64,000 bases of DNA from positions 321,766 to 385,765 of the forward strand of contig JBAZNR010000002.1 of assembly GCA_041649175.1 (NCBI GenBank). The letters run 5' to 3'. The stretch comes from Candidatus Omnitrophota bacterium (GTDB taxonomy: Bacteria > Omnitrophota > Gorgyraeia > Zapsychrales > JBAZNR01). Below the pieces are notes generated by a model. The model saw nothing but the letters and a program-made list of their open reading frames with translations, was not told the DNA's origin and searched no databases. How positions within the stretch are numbered: the stretch's first letter is position 1; each line of letters opens with the position of its first letter. Below are positions 1 to 9,477 of this stretch, one piece after another. Made by a program: the position numbers and the translations under genes.

Positions 1-1409
1 TCCTCAATTTCTTAAAAAAACAGAAGAAATCCGGAACGCTTCTCGACATAGGATGCGCGACGGGATTTCTTTTAGATGAAGCGCGCAAAGATGGCTGGGA
101 TGTTTTTGGCGTTGAATTATCCGACTGGGCGGCCGGTTACGCGCAAAATAATTTATCTTTAAAAAATATCACCAAGGGAACCGTTCACGAGGCTCATTAT
201 CCGGATAATTTCTTTGATGCCATTATCCTCAAAGACGTCATCGAACATCTGCGCGATCCCAGAGCAACACTTTTAGAAATACGCAGAATATTAAAGCCCA
301 ACGGTGTTATTTGTGTCAACACGCCAAATATCAACAGCCTTTTAAGCAAGATCCTCAAGGCAAAATGGTGGGGCATTAAGCAATTGCATTTGTTCTATTT
401 TACGCCGGCAAGTTTGGCAAAGATGTTCGAGGCGACGGGTTTTGTTTCATTAAAGATCCGCTCGCACGCCCGCGTATTCACGCTCAATTATTGGCTGAAT
501 AATTTTGGCCGCTATAACCCGGCCGCAAAATGGTTCATAAAATTCCTAAGCCGCTATCCTTCGCTTGAAAAAAAACTCATCTGCCTTGACCTCGGCGACC
601 AAATGGAGATCTTCGCCCGAAAAAGCCGCCAGCTTCAGTACATCCATGAACTTGAACCAACGCACCCAAATCCCGGAAAAAGAAAATTAAAATGCGTCGC
701 CGTTTTACCGGCCTATAACGCCGCTAAAACTTTGCAAATAACCTACAACGATATCCCCAAAAATGTTATTGATGAGATCATTTTAGTCGACGATGCCAGC
801 CGAGATGACACGGTCGCCATCGCGAAAGAATTAGGAATAAAGGTTTTTGTCCATGAAAAAAATAAAGGGTACGGGGCAAATCAAAAAACATGCTACACGA
901 AAGCTCTGGAGCTCGGCGCCGATATCGTGGTCATGGTCCATCCTGATTATCAGTATGACCCGACCGTTATTCCGCAGCTGATCGAGCCAATTCAAAAAGG
1001 AGAAGCCGATGCCGTTTTTGGCTCGCGCATGATGCACAAAGGAGCTTTGGAAGGCGGCATGCCTTTATGGAAGCACAACGCCAATATTTTGCTGACGGCA
1101 CTTGAAAATGTTACTTTGGGAACTTATTTAACGGAATATCACTCGGGGTTTAGGGCTTACAGCGCGAAATATCTGCGCAGCGTTAATTTTGCGGGCAATT
1201 CGGACGGATTTATATTCGACACGGAGATCATCGTGCAGGGAATGCTGAAGTTTATGCGCATCGCGGAAATCCCCATCAAGACCAGATATTTCGATGAAGC
1301 CTCCAGCATCAAATTCTGGCCGTCGGTCAACTACGGACTGGGAATTTTAAAAACACTTTTCAAATATCTTCTCCACCAACACGGTATTCGATTTAAACAA
1401 TTCGAATAA
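1..1409 (+). CDS. Class I SAM-dependent methyltransferase fused to a GT2 glycosyltransferase domain (5' end outside window)
   Basis: Frame 3 is open from the window edge. N-terminal part has an MTase motif (LDIGCATGF ... LKPNGVI). C-terminal part has GT2 motifs (VLPAYNAAKTL, ILVDDASRDDT, DYQYDP). No stop between the two domains. Confidence 0.55.
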   Translation, partial: LNFLKKQKKSGTLLDIGCATGFLLDEARKDGWDVFGVELSDWAAGYAQNNLSLKNITKGTVHEAHYPDNFFDAIILKDVIEHLRDPRATLLEIRRILKPNGVICVNTPNINSLLSKILKAKWWGIKQLHLFYFTPASLAKMFEATGFVSLKIRSHARVFTLNYWLNNFGRYNPAAKWFIKFLSRYPSLEKKLICLDLGDQMEIFARKSRQLQYIHELEPTHPNPGKRKLKCVAVLPAYNAAKTLQITYNDIPKNVIDEIILVDDASRDDTVAIAKELGIKVFVHEKNKGYGANQKTCYTKALELGADIVVMVHPDYQYDPTVIPQLIEPIQKGEADAVFGSRMMHKGALEGGMPLWKHNANILLTALENVTLGTYLTEYHSGFRAYSAKYLRSVNFAGNSDGFIFDTEIIVQGMLKFMRIAEIPIKTRYFDEASSIKFWPSVNYGLGILKTLFKYLLHQHGIRFKQFE

Positions 1410-1417
1410 TTTTCCGC

Positions 1418-2623
1418 CTAGAAAATTCTTTCAATAGGGCAGTCGATTCTTTCAAATTTTGGCTGCAACTTGGCGGGCTGACGCCCAAAACACATTCCCA
1501 AACTTTCATAAAGCCCAACCATATCCAAACTGACATAGCGTTGTTTAATGGCTTCGGCCGTATTGACATATTTTATTTTATCGCCGCTAATACCGGCAAC
1601 CGTCACGCCAACCGTTCCGTTCAACAAAAGCAAAACTGCGGCGGCTCCGGCTTCTTTACCAAAATTCACATCATAAGCAGAGGAGTGCCCGCAGCGAACC
1701 AAATGGCCGGGCGTTACTTCGCGCACTTCAGGGGCTTCATTAATTCCTTTAACGTAAAGCCCTTGTTTTTTCATGAATTCTGTTATTTCCGGATCTTTCT
1801 TAAGACGCTTTCCTAATTCCTGGCGTACATATTTGGCGGCACCCGCTAATTTTTTATGGCCAAACGCGTCAGCCACAGATGACTCATCATAAAGCTCCGC
1901 GCCGCTGGCATCTTTTAATCCTTCCGCCACCACGATCATATAGGTTCCGGCTTTAACATCGCTTTGACGAATGCGGTCCATATAACGTTTTTTCATGTGA
2001 TCATAGAGAATATCAAAATTAACCGGAACTTCCGGGATCAAAACCGCGTCGGCATCCGCCGCCACACCACCGCGAAATGCCGTATGCCCGGCATAGCGGC
2101 CAAAAACTTCCAGAACAATAACGCGATTATGCGTATTGCCGGTTGTTTTAAGCTCTTCGGCAAATTCCGCAATGCGATTAATGGTAGAGTCTCCGCCGAC
2201 CGAATACGTTTGCAGATCCAGATCCATCGTCTTTGGCGCGTGGACGCATTTAATTCCTTTTTGCGTCAGATCGACCATAACACTTCCGGAATCATCGCCG
2301 CCGCTGATGACCAATCCTTCAATGGCAAATTTCTTTAAGCCTTCTTTAATGCGGTCATATTTCTTTTCATCGTCGATGGATTTGATCTTAACGCGGGAAT
2401 GCCCGGCTTCGGAACCGGCCAAATTAGCATCGATTTTATCGGCGCGCTCTACGGTCAATTCGGTCAGCTTATCAAAATCCACCAGATTATATAACCCGGC
2501 ATAACCGTTAGGGATCACGTAGCAGGAAACCCCGTGAGCCTGAGCCATTTGTGCCGCGCCTTTAACAACGCCGTTAAGTCCGCCGCAATCGCCACCGCTG
2601 GTAAGAACAGCTATCTTTTTCAT
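1418..2623 (-). CDS. pfp: 6-phosphofructokinase, probably PPi-dependent type
   Basis: MKKIAVLTSGGDCGGLNG and GGDDSGS motifs. GGDDS instead of the ATP-type GGDGS is the known PPi-PFK signature. An internal ATG at 2623 is preceded by AAGGAG, so the longer ORF start (2758) is probably a 5' over-extension. Confidence 0.75.
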   Translation of the reverse strand: MKKIAVLTSGGDCGGLNGVVKGAAQMAQAHGVSCYVIPNGYAGLYNLVDFDKLTELTVERADKIDANLAGSEAGHSRVKIKSIDDEKKYDRIKEGLKKFAIEGLVISGGDDSGSVMVDLTQKGIKCVHAPKTMDLDLQTYSVGGDSTINRIAEFAEELKTTGNTHNRVIVLEVFGRYAGHTAFRGGVAADADAVLIPEVPVNFDILYDHMKKRYMDRIRQSDVKAGTYMIVVAEGLKDASGAELYDESSVADAFGHKKLAGAAKYVRQELGKRLKKDPEITEFMKKQGLYVKGINEAPEVREVTPGHLVRCGHSSAYDVNFGKEAGAAAVLLLLNGTVGVTVAGISGDKIKYVNTAEAIKQRYVSLDMVGLYESLGMCFGRQPAKLQPKFERIDCPIERIF

Positions 2624-2723
2624 GTGTTGCTCCTTTTCGAGAAAATATTTAGAATAAACGATAAATTCAAAATTATGTGTTAGCTTATCATAAGAGAAAT
2701 TGAAAATCAAATCAAAATAAAGC

Positions 2724-2745
2724 CGTGAAACCATCGTGAAACCAT
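2724..2745. repeat. Tandem direct repeat cgtgaaaccat x2 in the divergent pfp/ABC promoter region
   Basis: Two perfect 11-bp copies read directly from the sequence. Possible regulator binding site. Confidence 0.3.
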
Positions 2746-2788
2746 ATAGACTTTTCACTATACCCGTGATAAACTACAAAAAAACAAA

Positions 2789-3520
2789 ATGATCACTGTC
2801 GACAAAGTTTCAAAATTTTTTGGCTTATCCCGCGCTTTAAACGATGTGTCCTTTCAGATCGCCAAAGGCGAGATTGTCGGATTTTTAGGGCCCAACGGCG
2901 CCGGAAAAACAACGTTGATGCGCATTTTAACCGGCTATTTTCCGCCCAGCCAGGGGAAAACCACGATCGCCGGATACGACATCGTCAAAAATCCTCTCTG
3001 CGCAAAACAATCTTTGGGCTATCTTCCCGAAAATCCTCCGCTATATCCTGAAATGAGCGTTGCTGACTATCTTCGTTACGCCGCGCAGCTTAAAGGCCTT
3101 AACGCTACCACGGCAAGATCACAGATCGATAAAACGCTTGCTAGCTGTGACATTGATTCAGTTAGAAACAAGGCCATTTCTTCGCTTTCCAAAGGATTTA
3201 AACAGCGCGTTGGCATCGCCCAGGCGATCATTCACGATCCACAAGTCCTTATATTAGACGAACCAACCAACGGGCTTGATCCGCTGCAGATCATTCAAGT
3301 TAGAAATCTTATCAATAATTTAGGAAAAGAAAAAACGGTTTTGGTAAGCACACATATTCTCTCTGAAATAGAACAAATCGCCCATCGCGTCGTCATTATT
3401 AGCGAAGGAAAAATTGTTGCGGACGATTCCCTGGCAAATATGCTTAACGGCCCCCAAGGAAAAAATAATTTGGAAGATACTTTTTTAAGACTAACCGCTT
3501 CAACCGAGCCTCGACCATGA
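2789..3520 (+). CDS. ABC transporter ATP-binding protein (GldA-like)
   Basis: Walker A GPNGAGKTT, signature LSKGFKQR, Walker B ILILDEPTNGLD. Confidence 0.85.
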   Translation: MITVDKVSKFFGLSRALNDVSFQIAKGEIVGFLGPNGAGKTTLMRILTGYFPPSQGKTTIAGYDIVKNPLCAKQSLGYLPENPPLYPEMSVADYLRYAAQLKGLNATTARSQIDKTLASCDIDSVRNKAISSLSKGFKQRVGIAQAIIHDPQVLILDEPTNGLDPLQIIQVRNLINNLGKEKTVLVSTHILSEIEQIAHRVVIISEGKIVADDSLANMLNGPQGKNNLEDTFLRLTASTEPRP

Positions 3521-4230
3521 TCAAAAAAGCCTTTGCCATCGCCGCAAAAGAATGGGGAACTTATTTTAAGTCTCCCATGGCCTACATTATTCTGATCATT
3601 TCTATTTCTGTTTTTAACGTCTTCTTTTTTATGATCATTGACCAAAATAGAGAAGCATCCTTGCGCGACATGTTCAAGTTGATGGAATTTATTTTCGTCT
3701 TTACCATACCGCTTTTAACAATGAAAGTCTTTGCCGAAGAAAAACGGCAGGGGACATTTGAATTTTTGCTAACATCGCCCATTTCCAATACCACTATTGT
3801 TTTGGGAAAATATTTAGGGACACTTTTATTTTTCACATCCCTGATCTTCGCGACGTTCATTTACTACATTATCATCGAATATTTCGGGCAACCGGACCGC
3901 TGGGCTGTTTTGGCCGGTTATTTTGGCATATGGCTTGAGGGTGCTTTGTTCATCGCTGTCGGAATTCTCATATCATCCTGGACGGCAAATCAGATCATTG
4001 CCGCCATTATTTCTTACGCTGTTTTGCTAACACTTTATCTTTCGGCCGTCTTTGTAAAATATGCCGATCCTGTTACGGCGGAGATCATCCGGAACATAAG
4101 CTTCTGGAGCCGGACAGAATATTTTAGCAGCGGGCTTGTGCAAAGTTCTGACTTGATCTATTACGTCACATCCATCGGCTTTTGTCTGTTTTTAACTCGA
4201 TTAAGTATTGAAAACCGTCTATGGAAATAA
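3517..4230 (+). CDS. ABC-2 family permease (GldF-like)
   Basis: Six hydrophobic segments. Start is translationally coupled to the upstream ATPase gene. Confidence 0.65.
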   Translation: MIKKAFAIAAKEWGTYFKSPMAYIILIISISVFNVFFFMIIDQNREASLRDMFKLMEFIFVFTIPLLTMKVFAEEKRQGTFEFLLTSPISNTTIVLGKYLGTLLFFTSLIFATFIYYIIIEYFGQPDRWAVLAGYFGIWLEGALFIAVGILISSWTANQIIAAIISYAVLLTLYLSAVFVKYADPVTAEIIRNISFWSRTEYFSSGLVQSSDLIYYVTSIGFCLFLTRLSIENRLWK

Positions 4231-5810
4231 AAGTTAAACAAAGCTGTTCTTTCTTCCTTTATATAGGTTCATTGCTTTTCTTTTTTCTTGGGATGAGCTT
4301 GAACTATATCAATCAAGGAACTGATCTTTCGAGCGCAATTTTCTTATCCGCCGGGTCTTTTTTTCTGATCGGCGCTCTATTCTTATCCGCCCAGAAAATC
4401 AAAAAAATATTCACGGTCTTTAAAGTCATTCAGCACAGCTTCATTGTCAGCGGTGTTGTTTTGCTTTTCATCGGCCTCATCACCTTAAACATTGCCGGAC
4501 TTGAATACAATGTCAGGTTCGACCTTACCCAGTACAAACAGCACACCTTAAACCCCGAAACAATATCGATCGTTAAGTCTATTAAAAAAGATGTCCGCTT
4601 GATCGTTTTATACGTCGGGATCCCGCCCGGATATATTCAGGACCTCTTGGCTGAATATCAGAAATTAAATCCTAAATATATCAAAGCACAGGTCATTGAC
4701 CCCTTAGAACAATTGGGGTCCGCCGCAGAATTTGGCAATACGATCCGCGCCGATGAGAAAAAGGCAGTGGTCCTTTGCGATAAAGAGCGCCAAGATATTG
4801 ACTTTACCGAAGCCCCGCTAACGGAGGAGATGCTAACAACTGCCATCGTCCAAGTGGGGCGCGACAAACGAAAGATCTGTTTTGTTGCGGGGCATAACGA
4901 ATATTCCATCCACGATACAAAACCCGAGGGCTTAAGCATTTTTAACGCTCTTTTAAATGAGAATAATTGCATCACGCAAGAGACCTTATTAGAAGCCACC
5001 AAAGAGATCCCGAAAGACTGCGATGTCTTAGTGATCGCCGGGCCAAAATCGGCATTATCGCCATTGGAAGATAAATTGGTCCAAGATTATTTAGAGGGCG
5101 GGGGAAAAGCATTATTTTTGATCGAATCAACACCAATGGCAGAAGAAGGATCGGTTTTAACTGAACAAGATCGCCAGAAAAATCCGCCGTTTAATAATTT
5201 GCTTAATCGCTGGGGATTTAAAATTAACGATGATGTTGCCGTTGACCTAGAAAATCATGCCGGCCAGGATGTCGGCTGTCCGGCGACGCGCAATTACCCA
5301 AAACATAAAGAGATCGTTGACGGATTAGATTATACGTTTTACATCCGTCCGCGTTCCATTTCGCTTTTAACAGACGCATCTTCAACTATCCGCGTGGCAC
5401 CTTTAGTATTGACCTCCTCCGGTAAAAACAGCTGGGCTGAGACAAACCGTAATCTTCAAGTGAAATTTGAACAAGGACAGGACGATCCCGGGCCGGTCAT
5501 CATCGCGGCTGTTTCCTGGGAACCTAAAAACGACCAAAGAAAATCCGACACCAAGGTCATTGTTTTTGGTGATGGGGAATTCCTAACCAATAATTTTATT
5601 TCCCAATACAGTAACGCCGAAATCGCTTCCAATGCGATCAGCTGGCTTTCGGAACTCGACAAAGATATTTCCCTAAAATCTAAAGATATCAAGATCCATC
5701 AGCTGAATTTAACCAGCCAGCAAAAGCGTATCGTCATTGTGCTTCTTTTTTCTGTCCCGCTTTTGATCGCGCTGATCGGGCTTTTTATTTGGAAAAAGCA
5801 GGGCCGTTAG
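4221..5810 (+). CDS. GldG-like ABC-transporter auxiliary protein (N- and C-terminal TM anchors, large external domain)
   Basis: Hydrophobic segments at both ends and a 4-nt overlap with the upstream permease gene. The ABC-ATPase / ABC-2 permease / large accessory protein order resembles GldA/GldF/GldG-type operons. Confidence 0.5.
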   Translation: MEIKVKQSCSFFLYIGSLLFFFLGMSLNYINQGTDLSSAIFLSAGSFFLIGALFLSAQKIKKIFTVFKVIQHSFIVSGVVLLFIGLITLNIAGLEYNVRFDLTQYKQHTLNPETISIVKSIKKDVRLIVLYVGIPPGYIQDLLAEYQKLNPKYIKAQVIDPLEQLGSAAEFGNTIRADEKKAVVLCDKERQDIDFTEAPLTEEMLTTAIVQVGRDKRKICFVAGHNEYSIHDTKPEGLSIFNALLNENNCITQETLLEATKEIPKDCDVLVIAGPKSALSPLEDKLVQDYLEGGGKALFLIESTPMAEEGSVLTEQDRQKNPPFNNLLNRWGFKINDDVAVDLENHAGQDVGCPATRNYPKHKEIVDGLDYTFYIRPRSISLLTDASSTIRVAPLVLTSSGKNSWAETNRNLQVKFEQGQDDPGPVIIAAVSWEPKNDQRKSDTKVIVFGDGEFLTNNFISQYSNAEIASNAISWLSELDKDISLKSKDIKIHQLNLTSQQKRIVIVLLFSVPLLIALIGLFIWKKQGR

Positions 5811-5858
5811 AAATGCCGATGTTTTAGCTAAAAGCGTTCAGGATTGGGGAAATCTTTC

Positions 5859-5887
5859 TTTACACCCTTGCGCAAATTTGATATATT
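5859..5887 (+). promoter_or_regulatory. Sigma70-like promoter TTTACA-17-TATATT upstream of the tRNA cluster
   Basis: Read directly from sequence. Spacer counted as 17 nt. Confidence 0.4.
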
Positions 5888-5925
5888 ACAGCGCTTGAAA
5901 AAATAATTTTCGGTCGAATTATTAC

Positions 5926-5981
5926 GCCGACGTAGCTCAAGGTTGGCTCCGGTCTTTCTGATGAAATTGGTAACCGGAGTC
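5926..5981 (+). other. tRNA-like 5' fragment (gccgacgtagctcaaggttgg) followed by an 8-bp hairpin; not a foldable tRNA
   Basis: About 80% identical to the first 21 nt of the downstream tRNA-Thr. No matching 3' half, D-stem partner or acceptor complement. Confidence 0.2.
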
Positions 5982-6053
5982 CCGGCTTCAACAAATTGAA
6001 AAATAGAAGAGCAGGGAAGAGCAGCTGTTTTGCTCCTTGGTTTTTTCACATTT

Positions 6054-6126
6054 GCTGGCGTAGCTCAGTTGGTAGAGCAACGGTTTTGTAAACCGTGGGT
6101 CGGGGGTTCAATTCCTCTCGCCAGCT
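6054..6126 (+). tRNA. tRNA-Thr (anticodon TGT)
   Basis: Cloverleaf folded by hand. Acceptor gctggcg/cgccagc, anticodon loop tttgtaa, T-loop ttcaatt. Confidence 0.85.
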
Positions 6127-6169
6127 TTAATTAGGGGTTAGGTACATCCTATACCCCAAACGCTAATTC

Positions 6170-6252
6170 GGGCAGATACTCAAGTGGTCAACGAGAACAG
6201 ACTGTAAATCTGTTGCGCTTGCGCTTCGGAGGTTCAAATCCTTCTCTGCCCA
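6170..6252 (+). tRNA. tRNA-Tyr (anticodon GTA), class II with long variable arm
   Basis: Acceptor gggcaga/tctgccc, anticodon loop ctgtaaa, long variable arm, ggttcaaatcc T-arm. Confidence 0.85.
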
Positions 6253-6477
6253 TTGTTTCGTCCACTCGGGTAAAACCTTTCAACCAGAAATGGGGAAAGG
6301 TTTTACCCGATAATGAGAAAAGGAACAATGGGGTTGACGAGGCTCCGCCCGAGTCAACCCAAATAAAAAACTTTTCTCCCGTTCGTTCTTATTAATGTCC
6401 TTCGCTTACTGAAGCGAAAATAAAAAAAGAGCTCAGGACGCTCAATCTTTCTGTGCATCGCAGTGGAAGATTTTCGC

Positions 6478-6551
6478 GCGAGAGTAGTTCAGTGGTAGAA
6501 CACTAGCCTTCCAAGCTGGATACGAGGGTTCGATTCCCTTCTCTCGCTCCA
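6478..6551 (+). tRNA. tRNA-Gly (anticodon TCC), CCA encoded
   Basis: Acceptor gcgagag/ctctcgc, anticodon loop cttccaa, T-arm gagggttcgattccctt. Confidence 0.85.
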
Positions 6552-6604
6552 AGTTTTTTTCTGTAAGCGAGACTCCGCCTACCATAAAAAGGGGAAGGGC
6601 GGAG

Positions 6605-6644
6605 CAAGCTGGATACGAGGGTTCGATTCCCTTCTCTCGCTCCA
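6605..6644 (+). repeat. Perfect 40-nt direct repeat of the tRNA-Gly 3' half (att-site-like duplication)
   Basis: caagctggatacgagggttcgattcccttctctcgctcca occurs at 6512-6551 and again at 6605-6644. The 53-bp spacer contains a 7-bp-stem hairpin. Confidence 0.8.
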
Positions 6645-6675
6645 TTTTTTCAACCCTTTAAAAAAGGAAAACGAA

Positions 6676-7380
6676 ATGAAAGTAACCTTGCTTATTCCTA
6701 CCCTCAACGAAGTGATCGGCATGAAAGAGATCATGCCGAAGATCAAAAAAGAGTGGTATGACCAGTTATTGATCGTCGATGGCAAATCAACCGACGGCAC
6801 CATCGAATACTGCAAACAAATGGGTTACCCGGTCGTTATCCAGCAAAAAAAGGGAATGCGTAACGCCTATATGGAATCATTGCCGCACATTACCGGTGAT
6901 GTCATCCTGACATTTAGCCCCGATGGAAATTCAATTCCAGAACTTATTCCGGTTTGTATCGAAAAGATGAAGCAAGGTTATGATATGGTAATCGTCTCTC
7001 GTTATGCGCCGGGCGCCAAAAGCGAAGATGACGACCCCATCACAGGTTTCGGCAATTGGTCTTTTCGCACCATGATCCGCCTTTTCTTTGGCGGCGGTAT
7101 GACCGACCCGATGGTTATTTACCGAGCCTACAGAAAACAACTCATTTACGACCTAGATCTCACTAAAGATTCGAGTTTCGAAAAAGAGGAAAAACTTTTC
7201 AACACAAACATAAGCTGGGAACCTCTTTTGTCTATTCGTGCCGCCAAGCGAAAACTAAAGATCGGCGAAATTCCCGGAGACGAACCTGCCAGAGTCGGCG
7301 GGGAACGGAAACTCCAAATTTGGCGCTGGGGCGCTTGCTTTTTGTACGAAGTGATCCGAGAGATCTTTGTCTGGCGATAG
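6676..7380 (+). CDS. GT2 family glycosyltransferase, polyprenol-phosphate sugar synthase-like (DPM1/GtrB-like)
   Basis: LLIPTLNE ... IVDGKSTDGT ... FSPDGN ... DMVIVSRY motifs. Confidence 0.65.
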   Translation: MKVTLLIPTLNEVIGMKEIMPKIKKEWYDQLLIVDGKSTDGTIEYCKQMGYPVVIQQKKGMRNAYMESLPHITGDVILTFSPDGNSIPELIPVCIEKMKQGYDMVIVSRYAPGAKSEDDDPITGFGNWSFRTMIRLFFGGGMTDPMVIYRAYRKQLIYDLDLTKDSSFEKEEKLFNTNISWEPLLSIRAAKRKLKIGEIPGDEPARVGGERKLQIWRWGACFLYEVIREIFVWR

Positions 7381-7401
7381 GCCACCTTTTCACAACCTAA
7401 C

Positions 7402-9297
7402 ATGCCTTTAAAAAAGAATTTCCGAAACACGATCCGGTCGGATTGGTTCCTTAGCCTTATTCTTTTGGCGATCTTTCTGGTCGTTATGGGCTATAAATAC
7501 AACTGGGACGATCAGCATTTAGAGATCCCGCTTTTAAAATCCCTCATTGACCCCAACTTGTATCCGGGCGATTATTACGTTCAAAGCCTCAAAAATAATT
7601 TCACCAGCTATTTTTACATCATCTTATCCCGCATTATTACCGTCGGTCAAATTCCAGCGGCTTATTTCATCCTTTATCTTTTTTCCCGCTATTTTCTTTT
7701 ATTCTGGACTTTTAAACTTTGGAAATTTGTAGCCCAAGAAAAAAGCGCAGCGTTCATCTGCACGGCGATCTTTATTTTCTTCGGCCACACGCCCGAATTC
7801 CTTTACCGAACATTTTCCCATCAGGAATTCAGCTTTGCCTTTATTCCGGCAGGGATCTACTTTTTGTTTCGAGAGCGATTTATCCTCGCCTCGGGCATTT
7901 TAGGGTTCGCGACAAATTTTCACGCCCTCTATAGTTTTTTTCCGATGTTCTATCTTTTGGTTTATTTAGGATTGAACACCAAACGCCACGGATGGCTTAT
8001 CCTCTTGAAGTCATGCTTATCATATTTTCTCTTCGCTTTGCCGATATTGATCTGGATCCTTAACAAAAGCTTGCCGCATTACATCGCCGGGGGAAACACC
8101 ATCAGCCCGTCGCAGTGGATACCGCTTTACAAGCTCGGATGCCCGCAAAACTTTATTTTTGACGGAATGACTTTGGGGCATTTATTCGCGAATCCCAAAG
8201 AGTGGTTTTTCGCGACGCAAAAATATTGGTTTTTTCTTTTTCTGCTTATTCTCAACTTCAGCCACAATGAGGAATTTCGACGCGAGCGAAAGGTGGCCGC
8301 TGTTTTAATTGGCGCGCTAGCACTTATGGCAATTTCGTATTTCTTTACCTACATCCAACCGTCGCGCTTTATCATTGACCTCAATTTTGTCCGAAATATT
8401 CAATTCCTGAATTTCATTTTTATGGGATATTCCTCGCTTTTTTTCATCCGCCTCATCAAAAGCGAAAAACCGTTTAACGCCTATTGCATCCTTATTATGT
8501 TCATCTTTTTTTCTTTTAGCGATACCATCGCGATCTTGGCGGCAATTCTTTTGACCATATTTCTTTTTGCCAAGAAACTACTTTCCCGCATCAAGAAAGA
8601 ACGCGCGGCCGAAATTGCTTTAAAAATCATCGGATGCGTTTGTTGCGCCATTTTGATCTTTATTTTAAAAGAGCGGCTGGCCGGAAATGGAGCCAGGGCT
8701 TTTTATTTAACGATCGCGCTGATCCTTATTCTGCCGGCTATTTTTTACGGCATAAATTCTTTCTTGACGAGAAAACTCAAGAAAGAACTCCTCTCGTCGG
8801 CTCAGCTATTCATCATTTTGCCCTTGATTATTCTTCTTGTCTATTTTGGATACCGCCACCATCGCTATGTCACTATCGAAAAACAAGGCACCGGTTTCTG
8901 GCAATTACAAAGGGATTGGGAAGATGTTCAACGCCACGTACAAACGGACACCCCCAAAGATGCCGTCATTCTCGCGCCGATCGATATGGAAATGGGAGGG
9001 TTTAGGATCCTCTCCGAGCGAACGCTCATCTGTTGCGAGCGTGACTGCGGCATTGTCGGATTTGATTATCATGCCGCGGAAGAGTGGAGACGACGGCGAG
9101 ATGATGTTTCGGCGTTTCGCGTATTAATTAAAGATGATATCCGTTCTGCGCTCACAAACGCGATCGTACGCTATCAAGCGACCCACATCATTTTTACCAG
9201 TTATTCCCAGCCGAAAGAAAAGCAGGGAGTTCTGCAGAAGATCTACGCAAATAATAGTTTTGCGCTTTACAAAATTGCTGTTTCCGGCCCTCGATAG
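7402..9297 (+). CDS. Polytopic membrane protein with about 150-aa C-terminal soluble domain; possible GT-C-type glycosyltransferase partner of the upstream GT2
   Basis: More than 10 hydrophobic segments. Lies immediately downstream of a polyprenol-P-sugar synthase-like gene. No diagnostic motif recognised. Confidence 0.35.
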   Translation: MPLKKNFRNTIRSDWFLSLILLAIFLVVMGYKYNWDDQHLEIPLLKSLIDPNLYPGDYYVQSLKNNFTSYFYIILSRIITVGQIPAAYFILYLFSRYFLLFWTFKLWKFVAQEKSAAFICTAIFIFFGHTPEFLYRTFSHQEFSFAFIPAGIYFLFRERFILASGILGFATNFHALYSFFPMFYLLVYLGLNTKRHGWLILLKSCLSYFLFALPILIWILNKSLPHYIAGGNTISPSQWIPLYKLGCPQNFIFDGMTLGHLFANPKEWFFATQKYWFFLFLLILNFSHNEEFRRERKVAAVLIGALALMAISYFFTYIQPSRFIIDLNFVRNIQFLNFIFMGYSSLFFIRLIKSEKPFNAYCILIMFIFFSFSDTIAILAAILLTIFLFAKKLLSRIKKERAAEIALKIIGCVCCAILIFILKERLAGNGARAFYLTIALILILPAIFYGINSFLTRKLKKELLSSAQLFIILPLIILLVYFGYRHHRYVTIEKQGTGFWQLQRDWEDVQRHVQTDTPKDAVILAPIDMEMGGFRILSERTLICCERDCGIVGFDYHAAEEWRRRRDDVSAFRVLIKDDIRSALTNAIVRYQATHIIFTSYSQPKEKQGVLQKIYANNSFALYKIAVSGPR

Positions 9298-9389
9298 AAA
9301 AAATACAGCAGTGCCTGTATCCTTCCTCTAAGTTGTTTATTTTCAGCGGATAAAGAAATTTATAAAGACGATTTGTCAAGATTTTTCTC

Positions 9390-9417
9390 TTGAACAGCCT
9401 ATATAATAGTATATAAT
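9390..9417 (+). promoter_or_regulatory. Sigma70-like promoter TTGAAC-16-TATAAT
   Basis: Read from sequence. It lies about 110 nt upstream of the strong hairpin at 9478-9516. Confidence 0.4.
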
Positions 9418-9477
9418 ACACACTAAGTTACGCCCTTCAAAAGCAGTATAAACGAGCGTGTATAAGCGAAAAAATCC

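Noticed and set aside
5945-5981. Hammerhead ribozyme (CUGAUGA present in the hairpin loop)
   Set aside because: No GAAA/helix III arrangement and no cleavage-site context follow. A single heptamer match is expected by chance.
6213-6815. ORFs 6213..6395 (+), 6442..6645 (-), 6579..6815 (-) in the tRNA cluster
   Set aside because: They overlap tRNA-Tyr, tRNA-Gly and the repeat. The 6442 ORF translates the duplicated tRNA segment twice (EREKGIEPSYPA x2). Treated as artefacts.
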